From contig NC_006576.1 in NCBI RefSeq assembly GCF_000010065.1, positions 1-32,000 on the forward strand: a DNA stretch of 32,000 nt. The letters run 5' to 3'. Both the position numbers and the translations under genes were made by a program. How positions within the stretch are numbered: position 1 is the first letter of the stretch; each line of letters opens with the position of its first letter. Source of the DNA: Synechococcus elongatus PCC 6301 (GTDB lineage: Bacteria > Cyanobacteriota > Cyanobacteriia > Synechococcales > Synechococcaceae). This document shows, in pieces, positions 27,330-32,000 of this stretch. The notes beneath the pieces were generated by a model. It ran no database searches and had not been told where the DNA came from. It worked only from the letters and a program-made list of their open reading frames with translations.

Positions 27330-27565
27330 TTGAATTGGGAAGTAGGCGGCAAGCGATCGCCCCAGAGAAGACCGCTGAACTGGCGAATCTCATCGCTTTG
27401 GGCGCAAAGGATGTCCCCAGAAATCGATCGCACAAAGGAATCCCCCGACTTTGCCAAACCGTCTTCCGCCATCGCGATCGCACTGGGAGTAAGACCGAGC
27501 AACAGACCAAGGCTCGGGCTACCGTTCACCATCCATCTCGCGAGTTTCATGACACGTCTTCCCAT
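27326..27565 (-). CDS. Small putative secreted protein, 79 aa
   Basis: MGRRVMKLARWMVNGSPSLGLLLGLTPSAIAMA / EDGLAKSGDSF... has a signal-peptide-like N-terminus. It starts 57 nt after the cupredoxin gene on the same strand. Its HIP1 site is read as Ala-Ile-Ala. It is mutually exclusive with the plus-strand ORF 27294..27569. Confidence 0.45.
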   Translation of the reverse strand: MGRRVMKLARWMVNGSPSLGLLLGLTPSAIAMAEDGLAKSGDSFVRSISGDILCAQSDEIRQFSGLLWGDRLPPTSQFK

Positions 27566-27622
27566 CTAGAGTCAAGGACTAGAAAAAATGGGTAAGACGG
27601 TCATGTTGGCCTTGGCTGGCCT

Positions 27623-28141
27623 TTAGGCTGAGGCAGGCTGCACTTCGAGCACCCCACGAAACATGGCCATGCCGCAGGTGAACTCGTAGCGACCGGGTTG
27701 GGTGGGGAGGAATTCGATCGCAGTGACTTGGTTATTGGGTAGGTGCTGGGCGATCTGGAAATCGGGGAAGCGGACCTCATCAAGGCAGTGATTGGGATCG
27801 CGGCGATCGAAATGAAGTCGCAGCGGCTGACCGGCTTGGACGACCACATGGCTGGGTTGGTAGCCACCATCCACCGTAATTGTCAGCTCCTGCCATGTCT
27901 CCGCGATCGCAGCTGTCTGGGGTTTGGCGCGGCGCACCAAAAACCACCACAATTCCCAGCCAATCAGGACGAGACCCGCGCCCGTGACGGTTGTTTTAGC
28001 CCAAACAGGTTGGGCGACAGCACGGAAGGGTGCAGCGTCCGAGCCAGTGGTTACCGCGATTGCAGCAGGCGGGGGAGCGACCATCCATCCCGCATTCCCG
28101 ACAGTCAGGGTGCCAGACAAGAACAAAGTTAATAGAGTCAT
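27623..28141 (-). CDS. Membrane-anchored cupredoxin-like domain protein, 172 aa
   Basis: One transmembrane helix (GAGLVLIGWELWWFLV) is followed by a cupredoxin_1-type domain ending YEFTCGMAMFRGVLEV. Genes of this type commonly accompany copper P-type ATPases. It starts 33 nt after pacS. Confidence 0.8.
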   Translation of the reverse strand: MTLLTLFLSGTLTVGNAGWMVAPPPAAIAVTTGSDAAPFRAVAQPVWAKTTVTGAGLVLIGWELWWFLVRRAKPQTAAIAETWQELTITVDGGYQPSHVVVQAGQPLRLHFDRRDPNHCLDEVRFPDFQIAQHLPNNQVTAIEFLPTQPGRYEFTCGMAMFRGVLEVQPASA

Positions 28142-28174
28142 TGATCGGTCCTCAAAAGCAGAGCGACAAGGAAA

Positions 28175-30418
28175 TTAGCGAGGCTGAAACTGGCGTAGTC
28201 GTAGGGCATTAGTCACCACTGAGACAGAGCTAAAGGCCATGGCAGCGCCGGCCAGCATCGGGCTAAGCAACCAACCCAGCAGGGGGTAGAGGATACCTGC
28301 TGCAATGGGAATACCGGCAACGTTGTAGATGAAGGCGAAGAAGAGATTCTGACGAATGTTGGTCATCGTGGCGCGGGAGAGCTGAATCGCCGTGACGATG
28401 CCCTGCAGGTCGCCGGAAATCAAGGTGATGTCATTAGCGGCGATCGCAACATCCGTTCCAGTGCCAATGGCAATCCCCACATCCGCTTGGGCTAGTGCCG
28501 GTGCGTCATTGATGCCATCCCCGACCATCGCTACGACTTGACCGCGACTTTGGAGCTGGGCGACCTGGGCTGCTTTTTGGTCGGGTCGCACTTCTGCGAG
28601 GACTTGAGTAATACCCACGGCCTGGGCGATCGCGTCTGCGGTGCGGCGGTTATCGCCTGTCAGCATGACGACCTGTAGTCCCAGTCGTTGCAGCGATCGC
28701 ACCACGGCGACTGAGCTGGGTTTGAGCTGATCGGCAATGCTGAGAATTGCTTGCAGGTGACCGTCAGCGGCGACCCCGACTACGGTTTTGCCTGCAGCTT
28801 CCCAGTCTTCCCACTGATTCTGTAGAGCAGAGGTTTCAATACCCAATTCACCAAGCCAGCGCTGAGTGCCAATCTGGAGCCAGATGCCTTCAACCTGACC
28901 CTGAACACCACTGCCAGGAATGGCCTCAAAGTCCGTGACAGTCGAGAGTGTGATTCCTTGAGCTTCGCCATAGCGAACGATCGCTTCAGCTAAAGGATGC
29001 TCGGAGTAGTTCTCAAGACTTGCTGCCCAACCGAGTAGGGTTTGCTGTTGGTCGCGATCGCCGATCGCCAGAAAATCAGTGACACTGGGCTGTCCTTGGG
29101 TGAGAGTGCCGGTTTTATCGAGGATGACGGTCTGAATTGTTTGCGCCAGCTCCAAGCTCTCGGCACTTTTAATCAAAATGCCGTACTCAGCGCCTTTGCC
29201 TGTTCCGACCATGATGGAGGTCGGGGTTGCCAGCCCTAACGCACAGGGACAGGCAATGATCAGGACACCAACCGCCGTGATCAGGGCTAAGGTCACGTTG
29301 CCTATCCAGTTAAACCAGAGCACAAAGGTGAGGATGGCGATCGCAATCACCGCTGGCACAAACCAGCCTGTCACTTGATCCGCCAAGCGCTGAATCGGGG
29401 CTTTGGAAGCTTGCGCCTGCTGCACGAGTTGGACAATCTGTGCCAGAAAAGTTTCACGGCCAACCCGAGTCGCCCGTATCGTCAAGCTGCCAGTTTTATT
29501 GAGGGTGGCGCCAATCACCTCATCGCCGACTTGTTTCTGGACAGGTAGACTTTCACCCGTGACCATCGACTCATCCACGGTCGACCGTCCATCGATAACC
29601 TCACCATCGACTGGAACTTTTTCCCCAGGTCGAACCCGCACCCAGTCCTCTACTTGAACTTCCGTAATTGGCAGGGTGAGTTCCTGGCCTTGGCGCAGTA
29701 CTCGCGCAGTTTTGGCCTGCAAGCCAATTAACTGCCGAATCGCGGCGGAGGTCTGCCCCTTGGCACGCTCCTCGAGCGATCGCCCCAGTAACAGCAGGGC
29801 AATGATCACCGCGATCGCTTCGTAGTAGACATCCGGCGGCAGCCCCTGACGGGTTAACCACTGGGGAAACAGGGTGACTGCTAAGGAGTAGAGGAAGGCG
29901 GCACCGGTTCCCACTGCCACCAAGGTATCCATCGTGGCGGTGTTTTGACGGAAGGCTTTCCAGGCATTGATGAAGAAACTCCGCCCCGCCCACAACACCG
30001 GTAGCGTCAGCCCCAGTTGGAGCCCAGGATGGTGCAGCCACATGGGAATGCCTGGAATTGAGATGCCTAGCATCATCGGCAGCGAGCCAATCACCAATAA
30101 GCTGGCGATTAGTCCACTCACCCACACTCGCTGGGCCAATTGCCGTTGCGATCGGGCACGGCGATGCCGCTCCTGCGCTTCAACTTCGTTATCCCAGGGG
30201 TCTTGGAGGGGAAAAGCGTGGTAGCCTGCAGCCTCAATAGCGGCCTGAATCGCTGCCACCTGAGTCAAAGCGGGGTCATAGCAGACCTGCGCCTGCTCTG
30301 CACCAAAATTGACGCTGCACTCCTGCACCCCCGGCAATGCCTGAATGAGGGCTTCAATACGACCCGCACAAGCAGCACAGCCCATGCCTCGCAGCGTCAG
30401 AGTTTGCTGATTGACCAT
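28175..30418 (-). CDS. pacS: Copper-transporting P1B-type ATPase PacS, 747 aa
   Basis: The N-terminal HMA domain ([12 protein letters not shown]), the CPC motif ([13 protein letters not shown]), the phosphorylation site (DKTGTLT) and the hinge ([11 protein letters not shown]) are all present. The sequence and length match what I remember of PacS from S. elongatus PCC 7942. Confidence 0.95.
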   Translation of the reverse strand: MVNQQTLTLRGMGCAACAGRIEALIQALPGVQECSVNFGAEQAQVCYDPALTQVAAIQAAIEAAGYHAFPLQDPWDNEVEAQERHRRARSQRQLAQRVWVSGLIASLLVIGSLPMMLGISIPGIPMWLHHPGLQLGLTLPVLWAGRSFFINAWKAFRQNTATMDTLVAVGTGAAFLYSLAVTLFPQWLTRQGLPPDVYYEAIAVIIALLLLGRSLEERAKGQTSAAIRQLIGLQAKTARVLRQGQELTLPITEVQVEDWVRVRPGEKVPVDGEVIDGRSTVDESMVTGESLPVQKQVGDEVIGATLNKTGSLTIRATRVGRETFLAQIVQLVQQAQASKAPIQRLADQVTGWFVPAVIAIAILTFVLWFNWIGNVTLALITAVGVLIIACPCALGLATPTSIMVGTGKGAEYGILIKSAESLELAQTIQTVILDKTGTLTQGQPSVTDFLAIGDRDQQQTLLGWAASLENYSEHPLAEAIVRYGEAQGITLSTVTDFEAIPGSGVQGQVEGIWLQIGTQRWLGELGIETSALQNQWEDWEAAGKTVVGVAADGHLQAILSIADQLKPSSVAVVRSLQRLGLQVVMLTGDNRRTADAIAQAVGITQVLAEVRPDQKAAQVAQLQSRGQVVAMVGDGINDAPALAQADVGIAIGTGTDVAIAANDITLISGDLQGIVTAIQLSRATMTNIRQNLFFAFIYNVAGIPIAAGILYPLLGWLLSPMLAGAAMAFSSVSVVTNALRLRQFQPR

Positions 30419-30473
30419 GACTGGACTCCAGACTCGAACGTAGCTCTAATCGTCCCCAGTCTTAAGTCTCTAG

Positions 30474-30489
30474 TTGACTGCAGAGTCAA
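30474..30489. promoter_or_regulatory. Inverted repeat upstream of pacS (candidate operator or -35 region)
   Basis: TTGACT-GCAG-AGTCAA has 6-bp arms and a 4-nt spacer, 56-71 nt upstream of the pacS ATG. On the pacS strand the arm reads TTGACT, followed about 18 nt later by TTAAGA. Confidence 0.25.
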
Positions 30490-31031
30490 GACGAGTGACA
30501 AAACTTCTCTTAAAAGCGCGATCGCCCTGCCCCAGCCCAATTGGGCCTCTTTCGACCTGCTCTACTGCTTGCTCCCAGACGTAGCCAAGCTGAGGAGAGA
30601 ACGATCGGAGTCAAGCACATGTTAAGGCTCAAGTGCTTTGCCCGCTTGAGCGACGGCCCCTCGTCAATGCCTCTTTCGTTTTGTCGAACCGCATTGGATC
30701 CACTAGCAACTATGAGCTTGAGCAGGACGTTTTAAGCATGTTGAGCTCTTCTATTGCCCCAGATTCAGCGCTCAGGCCTTCGTTACGCTAGTGGCATTGA
30801 AGTCAGTTAGTTGAATGAGCTGTAATCAAGGTGCGATCGCCTTTCCTTTGGTTATTGGCTCACAACCTGAAGGGTAAACATTAGGCTGACAGTCCGTGCT
30901 GGCTTGAGTCAATCAGCCTGATCCGGTCAGTTGATCCCAGCCATCGCCTATCTCTGACTCGACTGGGATCATCATTCGTTCCTGCCTCTGCGCAACGACG
31001 ACCCACTCCATTCCTCTGCGATCCAGTCTCT

Positions 31032-31841
31032 ATGAAGATGCTTAGAGCACTTAAACACCACTGGCCAGAATACTTAATTGAAGCTTGGGGGCTTGGGCTG
31101 TTTATGGTGGCAGCTGGGGTTGTCGGAACGCTTGTCTTCTATCCCCAATCTCCTGCCTATCAAGCGATCGCAGACCCTTTCCTACAGCGAGTCGTGATGG
31201 GCTTGGGGATGGGTTTGACGGCAATGATCATCATGTATTCACCTTGGGGAAAGCGATCGGGGGCTCATATCAACCCAGCCGTAACGCTCACGTTCTACCG
31301 GCTTAAAAAAATTGCTGCCTGGGATGCTTTTTTCTACGTTGTTTTTCAGTTTATTGGTGGACTTCTAGGAGTCGTGCTGGTTGCCTTTTTACTACAAACT
31401 CCCTTTACCCAAGCACCGGTCAACTATGTAGTCACGGTCCCTGGAAAACAGGGGGCGATCGTTGCATGTATCGCAGAGTATTTCATTGCTGTACTCATGA
31501 TGAGTATGGTTCTCTTCACCAGCAATCAGCCAAAGCTAGAGCGATTCACTCCATTTTTTGCGGGCTGTCTCATTGTCAGCTACGTCATTTTTGAATCGCC
31601 GCTCTCAGGGTTTGGCATGAACCCTGCTCGAACCGTTGCCTCAGCTTTACCCTCGGGTATTTGGACAGCTATCTGGCTTTATTTCCTTGCACCGATCGCA
31701 GGCATGTTAACTGCAGCAGAACTCTATCTGCGAATGATCGGGCCTCGCAAAATCTTCTGTGCCAAGCTCTACCATGATCCTTTGTATCGCTGTATACACT
31801 GCGGCCATCTCATTCATTGGCATCGTCCTCATCTGAGATAG
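31032..31841 (+). CDS. MIP-family channel (aquaporin/glycerol-facilitator-like) with a Cys/His-rich C-terminal tail, 269 aa
   Basis: Both NPA boxes (HINPAV and GMNPAR) and six hydrophobic segments are present. The tail is FCAKLYHDPLYRCIHCGHLIHWHRPH. It may be the gene published as smpX in Synechococcus PCC 7942, but I am not certain. Confidence 0.9.
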   Translation: MKMLRALKHHWPEYLIEAWGLGLFMVAAGVVGTLVFYPQSPAYQAIADPFLQRVVMGLGMGLTAMIIMYSPWGKRSGAHINPAVTLTFYRLKKIAAWDAFFYVVFQFIGGLLGVVLVAFLLQTPFTQAPVNYVVTVPGKQGAIVACIAEYFIAVLMMSMVLFTSNQPKLERFTPFFAGCLIVSYVIFESPLSGFGMNPARTVASALPSGIWTAIWLYFLAPIAGMLTAAELYLRMIGPRKIFCAKLYHDPLYRCIHCGHLIHWHRPHLR

Positions 31842-32000
31842 GTCAAAAATATGGCTGCCAGACAGATTGGATGCGATCGCAGCCTAACAAAAGGCCTAGT
31901 TCACCTTATTAATAGCAATAATTGTGAATTTTTCTTATCCTCTAGGAGATAAGAAACTTTATCCTTTGTCACCTCGCAGTCCACCCAAAGCAATGGTAAG

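Overview
This window is cyanobacterial chromosome. The HIP1 octamer GCGATCGC is very dense, and I recognise isiA-isiB, ilvC, clpP, thf1, a group-2 sigma factor, ppk and the copper ATPase pacS. Together these point to Synechococcus elongatus of the PCC 7942/6301 type; this is recognition from memory, not a database search.

Gene order, left to right:
- isiB (partial) and isiA
- a vapBC toxin-antitoxin pair sitting in the 5-prime end of a minimal RNB-domain nuclease gene
- a HIP1-poor accessory block (about 3.86-10.3 kb): LRV-repeat protein, decayed serine recombinase, Tat-signal formamidase, umuD-umuC and an orphan ORF
- core genes: ilvC, PHP phosphoesterase, clpP, thf1, a secreted hypothetical and the sigma factor
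- an uncharacterised ORF paired with a hexapeptide acetyltransferase
- a mosaic AT-rich islet (about 18.24-23.77 kb) that ends at tRNA-Gly(CCC)
- a TerB-like protein and ppk
- the minus-strand cluster pacS, cupredoxin and two small signal-peptide ORFs
- a MIP channel

No rRNA, CRISPR array or intact mobile element is present.

Best candidates for something undescribed:
1. vapBC is bracketed by ~133-nt direct repeats that duplicate the start of the RNB nuclease gene, giving an overlapping vapB-vapC-RNB unit.
2. Two small secreted-peptide ORFs (79 and 58 codons) share an ATGA stop/start overlap downstream of pacS-cupredoxin. The 58-codon ORF is absent from the ORF track.
3. The tRNA-Gly islet carries two tandem 53-codon paralogues (also absent from the ORF track) with a clear purifying-selection signature. 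Next to them lie an AT-hook acidic protein and a frameshifted ADP-ribosylglycohydrolase.

All functional assignments come from motif reading of the translations and need searches to confirm.
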